Shown here: positions 25,300 through 39,524 of the stretch, piece by piece
Layout of the letters: every line of letters begins with the position of its first letter
Numbering within the stretch: position 1 is the stretch's first letter
NCBI GenBank assembly: GCA_951406725.2
Contig: OX597825.1
Location: 70,308,001-70,372,000 of the forward strand
Origin: Octopus vulgaris
Lineage: Eukaryota
Length of the DNA stretch: 64,000 bases
Direction: 5' to 3'
The notes under the pieces: model-generated
Databases searched by the model: none
The model's input: only the letters and a program-made list of their open reading frames with translations
Told to the model about the DNA's origin: nothing
Made by a program: the position numbers and the translations under genes

Positions 25300-25983
25300 G
25301 TATATATATATATACATATAGATGTATGTACATATACGTATGTATATATGCATATATATATATATAATTTATATTATATATATATATCCACATACACATC
25401 TATGGGGGTGCACATGTGTGTGATTTATTAGTTTTTAACACACTGATAAATGTTTAAGAAACGTGGATGTCTTGTTCTTTACTATTTATTCAGGAACACG
25501 CCACTAAACCAAACCAATGACAGACAGTAGAAAGTATATATGGATATACCTATGTGTGTGTGTGTATGTGTGTGTATGCACACACATATACATACATATA
25601 CATATATACATGTATATAGTCGTATACACACAAACACACATGCACACGTAAACATATATATATATATATATATATATAAAGGAGAGTGACGTGCAGAAAA
25701 CAGATGTGTGTGTTGAATAAAATCCTTACAAAAGTTCCTGATACAGTTACAATATTGGATGACAGATTTTCTTAAATTGGAATGATTAATTATCAAAATT
25801 CTGCGCATACTCCGAAAACTTCCTTGAAAGCAATGTTTATCATTCTGCCTCTTTTTAAAGGTCATTTTTCATAATATACACAGACTTTTCAGAAGTAAAT
25901 AGACAGCCTTATAATCGTTAAAATTTATTTTAAACTGAAATTATATATTCAAATTATTTATTAATTATTATAATGTGAATATC

Positions 25984-26998
25984 TTAATATTTAGTAGACA
26001 TGCCCTTTTCATTTTTCAATGCAAGGATCCTATAAGGCATGCTACTGATCAGATCCCGAATATTCGCTTCAGGAATTTCTTGCCAATTTTCACGCAGTAA
26101 TCTCAAAATATCTGGCTTTGGGAATGTTTTCTTGTTCTTTTTACGAAGTGTCCTCTCCATTATTTCCCAGAGGTATTCAATAGGGCTCATATCTGGTGAC
26201 TGGATTGACCATGGGAGCTTTTTAATGCTATTCTCTTCCAACCAGTTTTGAGTCTTTGAGCCGAGTGTCAAGGAACCCCATCTTCTATAAATAGTTTTCT
26301 TTAATCATTTCACCACTGGAGAAGATTGGAAGGAGTCCTTTCTGCAATATAGGCACATATATTAATTTATGTTTCCCTCACACTCAACCAGCTCTGATCG
26401 ACCATTGCTCCAAATTGCTCCCCAGACCATCGTTGAATAGCCGCCGTGTTTCATTATTGGCTGCAATCTTTTCATGTCAAATTCTTAATCACAGAGTCTC
26501 CAGACCCACACTCGACCACTCACAAAAAATAAAGCAAATCTTGACTCGTCAGAGAATGTAACAGTGTCCCAAAATACTAGTGGCCTCTCCACCATCTCAC
26601 TGGCACAATCTATTCTCCTCTTGAAATTGGCTTGTCGAAGATGTTGCTTTCTTCTTGCCGCTCTGCCATAGTAGGCAAGTATGTGGAGATACCTGACAGC
26701 TGTTCTGGGACTGACATCAACTTGTTCTGCTATGTCAGAGGACTTGCAACGAGGATTATTCTACACACTTCCCTTAACAAAGTGAAGGGGCTTCTCAGAG
26801 AGCCCTGGTCAACCTGGGCGAGGTGATGTGGACTTGTCCTCCTCTCTGATGAATTGCACCATCACTCTATTAAATGTAGAAAGCGGAATCCCCGGGGTTG
26901 CCTGCGATTTTAGGATGATTGAGTCCACCTTCAGATTGACCCACAATATAGCGTCTTTGAAATTTGGACTGTTCCAAGGCTCTTTTTGTCCGGGGCAT
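25984..26998 (-). pseudogene. Tc1-family transposase pseudogene
   Basis: MPRTK..., [52 protein letters not shown]; stops and frameshifts. Confidence 0.9.
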
Positions 26999-27122
26999 GA
27001 TTAAACAGTCACATATAAAAACCTGAAAAATAAAAAAATCAATTAATAAAAAATATAAACCTTTTCAAGTTAAAAATAAACATAAAACAATGTTACATGG
27101 GGTGTCTATTTATTTATATTAA

Positions 27123-27156
<34 letters not shown>

Positions 27157-27175
27157 ATATATGTGTGTGTGTGTG

Positions 27176-27215
<40 letters not shown>

Positions 27216-27568
27216 GGTTAGCTGAGTTAGAAGTTAAATTAACCTTCTAAGGGATAAAATATCCATTTATACTACCGGTATAAAGGCCGAAACGTGGAGT
27301 AGATGAAACAGGGACAACTGAAGAAGGGGAATATTCTTTATGTTGCATGTCTCGTTTCTCTGTTTTTTTTCGTTGTTCGAAAAATGTTCGTTTCTATATT
27401 CTTGCTTTTATGTTTTCGTTTCTCATTGTGTTCAACATTTTTTTTTATGTCCTGTACCCATATATGCATGTATATGTACATATATATGTAGGTATGTACA
27501 TATATGTATGTATATATGCATATATTTATATATTATTTATATTATTATATACATATACATACATACAT

Positions 27569-27671
<103 letters not shown>

Positions 27672-27710
27672 TATATATATATACACACATATATATATAT
27701 ACACACACAC

Positions 27711-27756
<46 letters not shown>

Positions 27757-27787
27757 GTGTATGTATATATATATATATATATATATA

Positions 27788-30137
27788 TAAGCAATAAAGG
27801 GTTTGGCAACGAATTGCCTTACCACATACCGAATTTAGAAATAGCAGTCAAAGAGTTATAGCTATTTCTTCTACTAAAAAGGAGATCTCAGTAAAAACAG
27901 CAATTGGAAGGCAGACACAAACAGGTAAGAGGGAATGAATTGACGGCAATCTATCATACAATTTTAAGTTATCTACGGACGTACGTTTCGAAATCAAGTT
28001 CTTAGGAAAGCATAAGAATTAAATATTAAATAATTCTATCTTACCAAGAACTTCTTTTCTCTTCAGCGTAGAATACTATAATCATAAATGATTATATATT
28101 GAATTTTGAGATACTAGAAGGCATCAACTCAACTCAGTATCAGAGCGAGCTAGAATCCGCAACTAGTATCACCAAATTCAATGTGTGAATGAAGAGATTG
28201 TGTCACCAGCCCCTTCCCACCCGCGTGTAGCCAAAACAAGATGCTGTGGTCATCTACTGAGATAAAATATGGTTATCCGTCATAATGAAGGGTGAAATTA
28301 ATTAATTTGGAATAATTATCAATAACACCAAGTAGTCTTCGGCATGTAAAAGCCTCATTCGAGGAAAATTTAAGTAATACTAAGCAATAAAGGGTTTGGC
28401 AACGAATTGCCTTACCACATACCGAATTTAGAAATAGCAGTCAAAGAGTTATAGCTATTTCTTCTACTAAAAAGGGAGATCTCAGTAAAAACAGCAATTG
28501 GAAGGCAGACACAAACAGGTAAGAGGGAATGAATTGACGGCAATCTATCATACAATTTTAAGTTATCTACGGACGTACGTTTCGAAATCAAGTTCTTAGG
28601 AAAGCATAAGAATTAAATATTAAATAATTCTATCTTACCAAGAACTTCTTTTCTCTTCAGCGTAGAATACTATAATCATAAATGATTATATATTGAATTT
28701 TGAGATACTAGAAGGCATCAACTCAACTCAGTATCAGAGCGAGCTAGAATCCGCAACTAGTATCAGAAGAAATAGCTATAACTCTTTGACTGCTATTTCT
28801 AAATTCGGTATGTGGTAAGGCAATTCGTTGCCAAACCCTTTATTGCTTAGTATTACTTAAATTTTCCTCGAATGAGGCTTTTACATGCCGAAGACTACTT
28901 GGTGTTATTGATAATTATTCCAAATTAATTAATTTCACCCTTCATTATTACGGATAACCATATTTTATCTCAGTAGATGACCACAGCATCTTGTTTTGGC
29001 TACACGCGGGTGGGAAGGGGCTGGTGACACAATCTCTTCATTCACACATTGAATTTGGTGATACTAGTTGCGGATTCTAGCTCGCTCTGATACTGAGTTG
29101 AGTTGATGCCTTCTAGTATCTCAAAATTCAATATATAATCATTTATGATTATAGTATTCTACGCTGAAGAGAAAAGAAGTTCTTGGTAAGATAGAATTAT
29201 TTAATATTTAATTCTTATGCTTTCCTAAGAACTTGATTTCGAAACGTACGTCCGTAGATAACTTAAAATTGTATGATAGATTGCCGTCAATTCATTCCCT
29301 CTTACCTGTTTGTGTCTGCCTTCCAATTGCTGTTTTTACTGAGATCTCCTTTTTAGTAGAAGAAATAGCTATAACTCTTTGACTGCTATTTCTAAATTCG
29401 GTATGTGGTAAGGCAATTCGTTGCCAAACCCTTTATTGCTTAGTATTACTTAAATTTTCCTCGAATGAGGCTTTTACATGCCGAAGACTACTTGGTGTTA
29501 TTGATAATTATTCCAAATTAATTAATTTCACCCTTCATTATGACGGATAACCATATTTTATCTCAGTAGATGACCACAGCATCTTGTTTTGGCTACACGC
29601 GGGTGGAAGGGGCTGGTGACACAATCTCTTCATTCACACATTGAATTTGGTGATACTAGTTGCGGATTCTAGCTCGCTCTGATACTGAGTTGAGTTGATG
29701 CCTTCTAGTATCTCAAAATTCAATATATAATCATTTATGATTATAGTATTCTACGCTGAAGAGAAAAGAAGTTCTTGGTAAGATAGAATTATTTAATATT
29801 TAATTCTTATGCTTTCCTAAGAACTTGATTTCGAAACGTACGTCCGTAGATAACTTAAAATTGTATGATAGATTGCCGTCAATTCATTCCCTCTTACCTG
29901 TTTGTGTCTGCCTTCCAATTGCTGTTTTTACTGAGATCTCCCTTTTTAGTAGAAGAAATAGCTATAACTCTTTGACTGCTATTTCTAAATTCGGTATGTG
30001 GTAAGGCAATTCGTTGCCAAACCCTTTATTGCTTAGTATTACTTAAATTTTCCTCGAATGAGGCTTTTACATGCCGAAGACTACTTGGTGTTATTGATAA
30101 TAATTCCAAATTAATTAATTTCACCCTTCATTATTAC

Positions 30138-30138
<1 letters not shown>
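27788..30138. mobile_element. Tandem + inverted array of a ~593-bp hammerhead-bearing non-coding unit (retrozyme / non-autonomous PLE)
   Basis: Period 593 (27791 to 28384; 28765, 29358, 29951); orientation flips at ~28765; (TA)n on both sides; no ORF >=60 aa. Confidence 0.9.
29158..29258 (+). ncRNA. Type I hammerhead (copies 29750-29850 +, 27972-28072 -, 28566-28666 -)
   Basis: tctacg-CTGAAGA-gaaa.aagttctt...aagaactt.tttc-GAAA-cgtacg-TC-cgtaga; intact core, 6-bp stem I, palindromic stem III, GUC site. Confidence 0.88.
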
Positions 30139-30192
<54 letters not shown>

Positions 30193-30328
30193 TACATATA
30201 TATATACATATATATATACACACACATACATATATATATATACACACATACATATATATACACATATACATATATATATACATATATGAGTGTGTGTATG
30301 TGCGTGTTTGTGTATATATATATATATA

Positions 30329-30517
30329 CAGGATGCGGCAGATGTAACACCCTTTTTGCAATTAATAACTTTTATAGTATACAAATTTATTGCATTACTT
30401 AAAGAAACGAATAATAAACTAATGAAAAAATTGCAGAAGTTTTAGGAAATGAAATATAAACTCGATTAGGAACTAGAAAACTCAAATACAAAATGGCGTT
30501 ACTTCTGCTGAACCCTC
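30329..30517. mobile_element. Tc1/mariner-type MITE
   Basis: Imperfect ~23-bp TIR caggatgcggcagatgtaacacc / ggcgttacttctgctgaaccctc, TA flanks. Confidence 0.6.
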
Positions 30518-30640
30518 TATATAGAAAGAGAGAGAGAAAGGGAGAAGGAAAGGGAGAAGGAAAGGGAGAGACGTACAGAAGGAAAAGGAGAGAGACAGAC
30601 AGGTGTGCGCGCGCATGTGTGTGAGTGAGAGAGAGAGAGG

Positions 30641-30683
<43 letters not shown>

Positions 30684-31333
30684 AAGGGAATTTTGAAAGA
30701 AGTTTCTAGAAATCTAGTTTCTAAACATCGAATGTCTATGGGGATCTTCCAGAATAAAACAGTAATCAAAGGGGGTCCATAGATAAAAGAAATGGTTGAG
30801 AACCCCTGAACTAAACCCTCCAATGCGGTTTCCCCCTTCTCCCGACATGACCACTGTCCCTTAACCGAAGCACTATAAACACAAACGGTATTACAGCGCA
30901 GTCAGCTCCGTTAATATTCTCCTCTAGTATTCTTGTTCAAGGAACAGTTTCAGCGCAAAGTCAAACGTCTGGGAATTATATATCACACATCATAACTCAC
31001 AGTCATGTGAAGCTATTACTTAACCAACGCCCACCCGTTAATTCATTCTGTCATACCCGATTATCCTCCGTTTCATTTTCTGATCTCCTTTCTTGCATTC
31101 ATCTTAATTCTCTCGCTATAGTCTATCTCTTTCTTCCTCGCTCATTTCATTGAAACTCTCCTACACTATCTCTCCTCTCTCTTCCCCCCTCTCTCTCTCT
31201 CTGTTACTTTCGTCCTTTCTCTCTTCTTCCTTTGTCACTGTTTTTCGGTATATAGTTTTCGTTCCAGCCCAGTAATTTTTACTTCCTGTCTTCAACATTC
31301 TGCTCCCTGTGTTGTTCAGGGACCCAGTATGGA

Positions 31334-31379
<46 letters not shown>

Positions 31380-31764
31380 TATGTATATTCATACATAAAT
31401 ATATATAAATATATATATGTATATGTATATATATATATATTTATGTGTGTGTGTGTGTGTTTCTGTATGTGTTTATATATATGTGTATATACATACATAC
31501 ATACATACATACATACATACATACATACATACATGTATATATACATAAGTGTACATGTATGTAAGTATGTATCTACGTATGTATATAAGAACTGGGGTCG
31601 ATTTGTTGGGCTAAAACCTCGAATGCGATGCTCCAGCATGGCCACTGCCCTCAAGGGTTAAGTCGAAGAAATCGACCCCAGTACTTATTCTATCGGGCTC
31701 TTTGCCAACCGCTAAGTGATAGGCACATACACGCACGCGCACACACACACACACACACATACAC

Positions 31765-31803
<39 letters not shown>

Positions 31804-32164
31804 CATACATATTTAATAAATAAAACGTGTCAGAAAGAAGCACACTCTGAAGAATAGAGCAGTAATTGCATCCACAAACCCAACACCTTGTGGACAGTTC
31901 GTCAGACTATATAAGACAAAATATTCAAAATTTGGCTTTGCGGATGCGAAACCTTGCTTTACTCTATGCTCAAGATATGAAATTTTGTTGTATATAGCGT
32001 AGGAGGGGGGACGGATGAAGAGAGAAAGAAAGAAAGAAAGAAGGGGAATAAGGGAGGAGGAGAGAGAGAGAGAAAAGAGACAGATCAAGAGTCGTACCAA
32101 TGTTAGAGAAAATATACTTACGTATAAGGACAAAAGTGTGGATACGGAGCCGCCATTATATATG

Positions 32165-32362
32165 TAAAAAGTAAAAAATATATACAAACTGAGACAAGAA
32201 CGTGAAACACCTAGAAGACGACACAAGAACCACAGGACGGGACATTCGAAGCCCTCATTCATCAGTCAAGAACCGGATCATCTTCGCAATTTCGGCTGAT
32301 TAATCTTGAGATTGCTCCGACCTGGGCAGCCCCCAATGGAAATCTAAGCCAAGCGCATTAGA
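32165..32362 (-). mobile_element. Short (TA)n-associated element with a hammerhead-like motif in reversed strand order; second copy ~48865-49155
   Basis: Two diverged copies share tcagtcaagaaccggatcatc.tcgcaatttcggctgattaatcttgagat. Confidence 0.65.
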
Positions 32363-32481
32363 TATATATATATATATATATATTCATAAATATACACACA
32401 TATACATATACATATATATGTGTTTGTCCCTTTCTCTCTATATATATATATCTATATATGAATGTGTATATCTACGTATGT

Positions 32482-34405
32482 CCTGCGTTTCAAATTAACG
32501 ACGTAACATTTTTTAAAATTTTATCTAAAACTTATTCGTTGGAATTCAACGAAATTTTAACAGAATGATGGCAACGGTTATATGCGCGCGATGTGTAAAA
32601 ATCGCGAGGTTCCGTAAAACAATACAGAAGCTATGGCCATTTTTCGAATTTACGTAAACTTTCACTGTTTCAAATTATTGATGAAGTGTAATTAAAACTT
32701 ATGGAAACAGGAAAATGCCAATTTAATTGTTTGATGTACATAATGAAATGAACACGGAAGAAATAGAAATAAATAAATAAACAGCCTTCAAAAATGATAG
32801 GTGAGCTGTTAGTAAGGATATGAGCGTTTGTTTGAAATAAATTGGAAAAGGCACTGGTCCATGGAACATACTAATTTCTGGATATCCTCTGATGTTATAC
32901 CACGGGATACATCTACAGTTCATCCTTGCTCCTAAATTAGCGTCCTAAATTAGCGTAAACTCGTCGCTTTAGAATACTCCACAAGATTTCTATTGGGTTT
33001 ATGTCGGGGGAACAGGGAGGCCACTTCGTCTTCCGAGGTGCACAAAAGCCTAATTGTTGCAGCTACTCTGTAGTTTGTTTCGCTGAGTGCGAGGGCGTAT
33101 TATCTTGCATGAATATTATGGTTGTCTTGAAGGTGGTCCTTTGCTTTTTTAACCGAGATTCAAGCTGCTCCCTCAGAAATGCTCTGTAAGCACCCGTAGT
33201 AATTTCAACACCGTCAGGTTCTTTCCATGGACCAACCATAATGCTTCCAATAATACCTGCTCAAATCATGATGCCTCCTCCCCCATGTTAGCGTCTCAAG
33301 CGTTGATGACGATCTCGTCCATTTACATACAACCCATCCCTTGTTCATCAAGGGTAGGTAGCAAGAATTTCCTCCGTAAAGAAAAAACTTTCGAAAAGTT
33401 GACCATTGCAAATTTGATCTTCTCCTTCTTCAGAGGAGGCATTTTAACTGATGTCGCTGCTTTACCGATCTTTTTCAGAAGACGACATCGGGTAGTTCTG
33501 GGCACAGCTGTTTCACTAATACGCTTGAATAGTTCTCCACTTGTAAGACCTGGCTTCTTTACAGCTTCACGCTTAATTCGTGACAGAGAACATTGAGAAA
33601 CAGCCTTCGACTGACCCTTGTCGGCTCTCTTACGTATCTTCGCTGGAGCTCTAACAAATTTTTTCACAGTTTTAGATATTTCTAATGCTGATTTACTTTT
33701 TTGTAAGTTCAGAAGAAATAACGGATTTCTCTGAAGCAGTTAAGTTACATTTACGACCCATAATTACACGAATATCAGACCACTCGTCAATAATTTGGAG
33801 CACTGAAAGTTCGTGGAAATCATGCAAACGGCTACAGTTTGTTTACACTTGAGCAAAATCTCACGTTTTTTACACACCACATGCATATAACTGTTGCCAT
33901 GATTCTGTGGAAATTTCATTGAATTCCAGCGGGTAGTTTTTAAATAAAATAAACAAATAAACAAAGGCGCAGGAGTGGCTGTGTGGTAAGTAGCTTGCTA
34001 ACCAACCACATGGTTCCGGGTTCAGTCCCACTGCGTGGCATCTTGGGCAAGTGTCTTCTGCTACAGCCCCGGGCCGACCAATGCCTTGTGAGTGGATTTG
34101 GTAGACGGAAACTGAAAGAAGCCTGTCGTATATATGTATATATATGTATATGTGTGTGTGTTTGTGTGTCTGTGTTTGTCCCCCCAACATCGCTTGACAA
34201 CCGATGCTGGTGTGTTTACGTCCCCGTCACTTAGCGGTTCGGCAAAAGAGACCGATAGAATAAGTACTGAGCTTACAAAGAATAAGTCCCGGGGTCGATT
34301 TGCTCGACTAAAGGCGGTGCTCCAGCATGACCGCAGTCAAATGACTGAAACAAGTAAAAGAGTAAAAGAGTAAATGCTATGCCGTTAATAATTTGAAACG
34401 CAGTG
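32482..34405 (-). mobile_element. Tc1-like transposon with long (~200-bp) IR-DR-type TIRs; decayed transposase ~32850-33762; SINE A (33965-34372) inserted in one TIR
   Basis: ctgcgtttcaaatta / taatttgaaacgcag ends; MGRKCNLT, HGGGGIMI, FMQDNTPSH, WPPCSPDINPIEN. Confidence 0.88.
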
Positions 34406-35387
34406 TAATTATATGAAACGGTTGTTGATTCATTCTAATGTTTCTAGGAGTCTCTTACACGTAAATTAACGTGTCATCAGTCAGACAGTTTCATTAAATA
34501 CAAGCTGCTATTGCTATATTCGGAAAGCTCTGGTAGGCTTAATTTTTATTTGTCAAATCAGGTCATGTGATCGTTGTTGCTGTACATCATTGAGAAAATA
34601 GACTGCTGAACGACAACGATGTAAGCGATCTTTTGATCGTCACCAATGAATGTGGTGCGCATGTGTGTGGGTGTGAGCGCGCACGTATGTAGTAGTAGTA
34701 GTAGTAGTAGTTGCAGCAGTTGTAGTAGAAGTAGTAACAGCAGCAGTAGCAGTAGCAGCAGCAGTAGTAGTAGTAGTCGTAGTAGTAGTAGCAGCAGTAG
34801 TCATAGTAGTAGTCATAGTAGTAGTAGTTGTAGTTATTGTTGTTGTTGTTGTTGTTACTGTTGTTCTAACAGCAGCAGCACACAAAACTGCGAGAACCAA
34901 AATGCAGGTGTAACGATGTAAAGCTGTGTACTCATTTACTCTTAAAACGCTCCAACCACGCTGCAACATGAAAAGCATTCGCTGCGGGATTTTTTTCACG
35001 GTGAAAAAGTTTCTCTGCGTAGGAATCCGTTTGTAAAAGCACTTTCAGCTGAATCGTAATTAACGTCAACGTAGACGTCCGATGTACATGCGTGAAAAAT
35101 AAAGCACGTTGGTAGAGTTAGAATAATTACTAGTGCACTGGGATGCATTGTCGAACCAAATGACAAATGAACGAAACCTTGGTTCGGGTTTAGGTAATCC
35201 TGGCAACCATAAGATTCTATACAATTCTACTGGGATGCGTTCAACTCATATTTCTTTCTTTTTGTTTTTATTCTACAATTTAATCAAAGACTATGTGTGT
35301 GGTGTTGTGACTATGTTTTGACTATGCCTGTATGTTTGGGTGTATAAGTACGTGCGTGTGTGCGTGTGTGTATGTGTGTGTGTGTGT

Positions 35388-35424
<37 letters not shown>

Positions 35425-35614
35425 TGTGTGTGTGTGTGTGTGTGAGTGTGTGTGTGTGTGTGTGTACGTACTTACATTTGCTTTCATTTATACATTCACA
35501 AAATAAACATGCTTCTATTTCTGTTATATACACATCTGCAAATTTCAATGATGTCATCTGATGTGTAAATGACACAAACTCTTTCTCTCTCAACCTCTCT
35601 CTTTCTCTCTCTTA

Positions 35615-35646
<32 letters not shown>

Positions 35647-36411
35647 ATGTGTATGTCATGGCATTTCTTTTTCTGTTTTTATATACCTCTGTATCTCGAG
35701 GGTGGATTCTTATTGCGTAAGTTTAGACCACACCAAGAAGAATTTGTCACACGCGAACTGCAAAACCACAGGATGCTATCTCCTGGTGTCGTACATCTTG
35801 TATCTATCTTCCGACCTCACACACACACACACACACACATATACATACATATATATATATACATACATATACACATACACACACACACACACATATATAC
35901 ATATATATAGATAGATAGGTTTAAGAGACAGAATCACCCTCAAGCAACTCAATCATCATTGAATGACATTATCCACAATAGGTACATAGGACTAAATATT
36001 AAAATTATCAAAATATACATACGCACACACACACACACATATACATACATGCATGCATAATACATATACATATACATACATTATATTTACTGATGTGCGT
36101 ACCGTGTGTTTATGCTTGTATGTACATCTGTCTCTGCGCGTGTTGTCACTTGATGACTTATCAAAAATTAGGTTAAAAACATATAGGAGTTCCTTATATA
36201 TATATATAGTATTATAATCCCTTACAAAACCCTTTTTCCAAATGTCAAGCCCCCAAAATTAGGGGGTTCCTTATACACGACGGTTCTTTATACACATTAA
36301 AATACAGTAGTTGGTGATAATGGAATGATTTCATGCTCTCATGACGCGAATTGCCTCTAAGGTCTTCGGCACTCGGCCGTGCTTTTCTTTGTTTTATATT
36401 GACGTAAAGAT

Positions 36412-36830
36412 ACCTATTTCTTTACTACCCACAAGGGGCTAACTACAGAGATGACAAACAAGGACAGACAAACGGATTAAGTCGATTACATCGACCCCAG
36501 TGCGTAACTGGTACTTAATTTATCGACCCCGAAAGGATGAAAGGCAAAGTCGACCTCGGCGGAATTTGAACTCAGAATGTAGCGGTAGACGAAATACTTA
36601 TTTCTTTATTACCCACAAGGGGCTAAACACAGAGGGAACAAACAAGGACAGACATAGGTATTAAGTCGATTACATCGACCCCAGTTCGTAACTGGTACTT
36701 AATTTATCGACCCCGAAAGGATGAAAGGCAAAGTCGACCTCGGCGGAATTTGAACTCACAACGTAACACAGACGAAATACTGCTAAGCGTTTCGTCCGGC
36801 GTGTTAACGTTTCTGCCAACTCGCCGCCTT
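36412..36830 (-). mobile_element. SINE family B, duplicated core+tail
   Basis: Matches family consensus. Confidence 0.85.
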
Positions 36831-37753
36831 ACTGCTCACTAGTTTGTACAGTTCACCTCACAGTAAAATGCGCGCAAAAAGAAAACGTGCAACATGCTTT
36901 AAATCAGTCACGTGATCAATGAACATTATTTCTCATTAGAACCAAATATTGATCCATTATTGGTTTTCTTTTGTAGAACGAGAGAACAGTATATCGATTT
37001 CGTATAGAACCATTTGAAATAATATTTATCAGAATATTTCTCCGTAACGTTATTAATCCCGAAAGAATGGAAATTAAAGTTGGCCTCAAAGAGATTTAAA
37101 CTCAGAGCGTAAAAAGTTAGACCAGATACCACGATGCATTCTACACAACGCTTTAATAACTCCTCCAATTCTCTACCTTACCAGAGAAATATGTTTAAAG
37201 AATTATTGCCAACAAGACTCAGAAGAAAGATAAAAAGCGGAAATGGTAACGACATTTCGAAATTCTTGTCTCACAGTCTTCTTCCTCTAGTGAAGTCAAA
37301 ACAGTGAGAAATATCAGATTGTCGTTTGTAAATATATAAATTTAATAAATTTCAGCTGACACACCATCGACCGTTTTTTCAATGTCCTACCGGAAACACT
37401 TTCGTGCGTGGTTTTCGCCTTTCAACGGAAGCGATATTCGTATGTTTGAATTTTACGATAGACCGGACGAAACAGAAGTGTTGTTGACAATATTCTGTTA
37501 TGTCCATCTATGTCCTGGGCTCAAATTCCTTCCATCGTGGTCCGACTATGGAAGTTGAAAAAACGAGATTCTATACAAATATTGAAGTTGATTTAATCGA
37601 CTCTGTCCTTACATTAAATTTCATGCTACATACCAATTTTAGAAATATGAAAAAGAAAAAAACACATCACCTATTTTAGAAACATTAAAAGAAATAAGTA
37701 TTACATAGCTCATTAAACTCTGCAATATTTCTTTCTAATATTTAGGCTGTGTT

Positions 37754-38672
37754 AAGGTGGCAAGCTCACAGAATAGTTAGCTAAGGCGGTGAGCTGGCAG
37801 AAACGTTAGCATGCCGGGCGAAATGCTTAGCCGTATTTCGTCTGTCGCTACGTTCTGAGTTCAAATTCCGCCGAGGTCGACTTTGCCTTTCATCCTTTCG
37901 GAGCCGATTAAATAAGTACCAGTTACGCACTGGGGTCGACATAATCGACTTAATCCGTTTGTCTGTCCTTGTTTGTCCCCTCTGTGAGTAGCCCCTTGTG
38001 GGCAGTAAATAAATAAGAATAGTTAGCACACCGGCCAAATACTTAGCGGTATTTCGTCCATCTTTACGTTCTGAGTTCCAATGCTGTCGAGGTGAACTTT
38101 GCCTTTCATCCTTTCGGGGTCAATGAAATAAGTACCAGTTGACCAACGGGGTCGATGAAATCGACTTAATCTCTCCCCAAAATTACTAGCAAAAACTTGA
38201 AACTAATATTTAAGTTGTGTTAAGGCGGCGAGCTGGCAGTATCGCTACCGCGCCGGGCAAAATGCTTGGCAGCATTTCGTCAGTCTTTTCGTTCTGAGTT
38301 CAAATTCCGCCGAGTTTGAGTTTGCTTTTCATCCTTACGGGGCCAATAGAATAAGTACCAGTTGAGTACTGGAACTGATGTAGCCGATTTACATTCTCCC
38401 CGAAATCGCTGTCCCCGTATCAAAATTTGAAACCAATATTTGAGCGCGGGGCGACGACTAACTGGTAAAATCATTAGATAGTCGGAAAAATGACTGCTGA
38501 TATTTCTTCCAGCTCTTTACGTTCTGAGTTCAAATCTCACCGAAACCAACTTCACCTTTTAACTTTTCAGGGTCGATAAAATAAAGAGCCAGTCAAATAC
38601 TGGAGTCGATAGCCTCAACATAACCCTTCACCTCAAAATCTGCAGGCCTTGTGCCTAAATCAGAAATAATTT
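37754..38672 (+). mobile_element. Head-to-tail cluster of SINE B copies of different ages
   Basis: Repeated cgttctgagttcaaat..cctttcatcctt modules. Confidence 0.75.
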
Positions 38673-39487
38673 TAAAGTCGCGAGTATTACATTAAAATCC
38701 GCAGTGGTTTTGCTTCATTCTGCCAGTTTAATAACCATTTATTCTACTAAGCTCCTTCTCTCCTGAGCTTACGTTTGAGACTCAAGTTCTATTTAATCCT
38801 TTAACGCGGTGTTCACGTGGCATCAGGGCATTGGTAAGCCTACGTGAAATATGTCTATGAACCAGCCCTCTTCCTAGTCCTTTGTAACTTAGTAATAGAA
38901 CCATCTGCTACTGTCTGATCTAGAATAGAGCCTTTGACAAGTACTCACTCTCCAGATAAGGAGGACTGGGAGTAATGATGGCTAAGTGGTAAGTTCTTAC
39001 TGCCCAAAACTCATGCGTTCTAGAGTTGGAGCCTCACCACTGGATACGGTGTAATGACTAGTCCAAGACATATGGGGACATCTGGGAAATTCAAAGGAAG
39101 AAGCCAGGAAGACATAGAAAGAAGATACTCGATAGCCTTTCCATCTAGTTTCAGAAAGATCGACCCCTTAATGTGCTAAGTTGTGTGGGAGACAGGATGG
39201 CAGGGATGTCCATGAGTGCTGACGCCTATAAGGCATGACACGTGAAGAAACAAAGAGAGAATGCTGAATAAGATTTCAGATATTGTTTAAAGATCTTGAA
39301 AATATTCAGGATTCTAACTGGATTGTTTGTCGATTTTATGATGAAATAGACTGTGCTAAAAGCTGCCGGTGGTTAGGGGGTTAGGGTGCTCTGTGGATCC
39401 CCAGACGTGCGTGATGGGAACTCCGTAGCCGTAGGCGGGTGGACGGGACACGTGGAACCAAGTCTGAATCACAGCCATGGAGAGAGA

Positions 39488-39524
<37 letters not shown>

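Noticed and set aside
27788-30138. CRISPR array or ordinary satellite
   Set aside because: Eukaryotic, no unique spacers; only ~4 units with inversion and ribozyme
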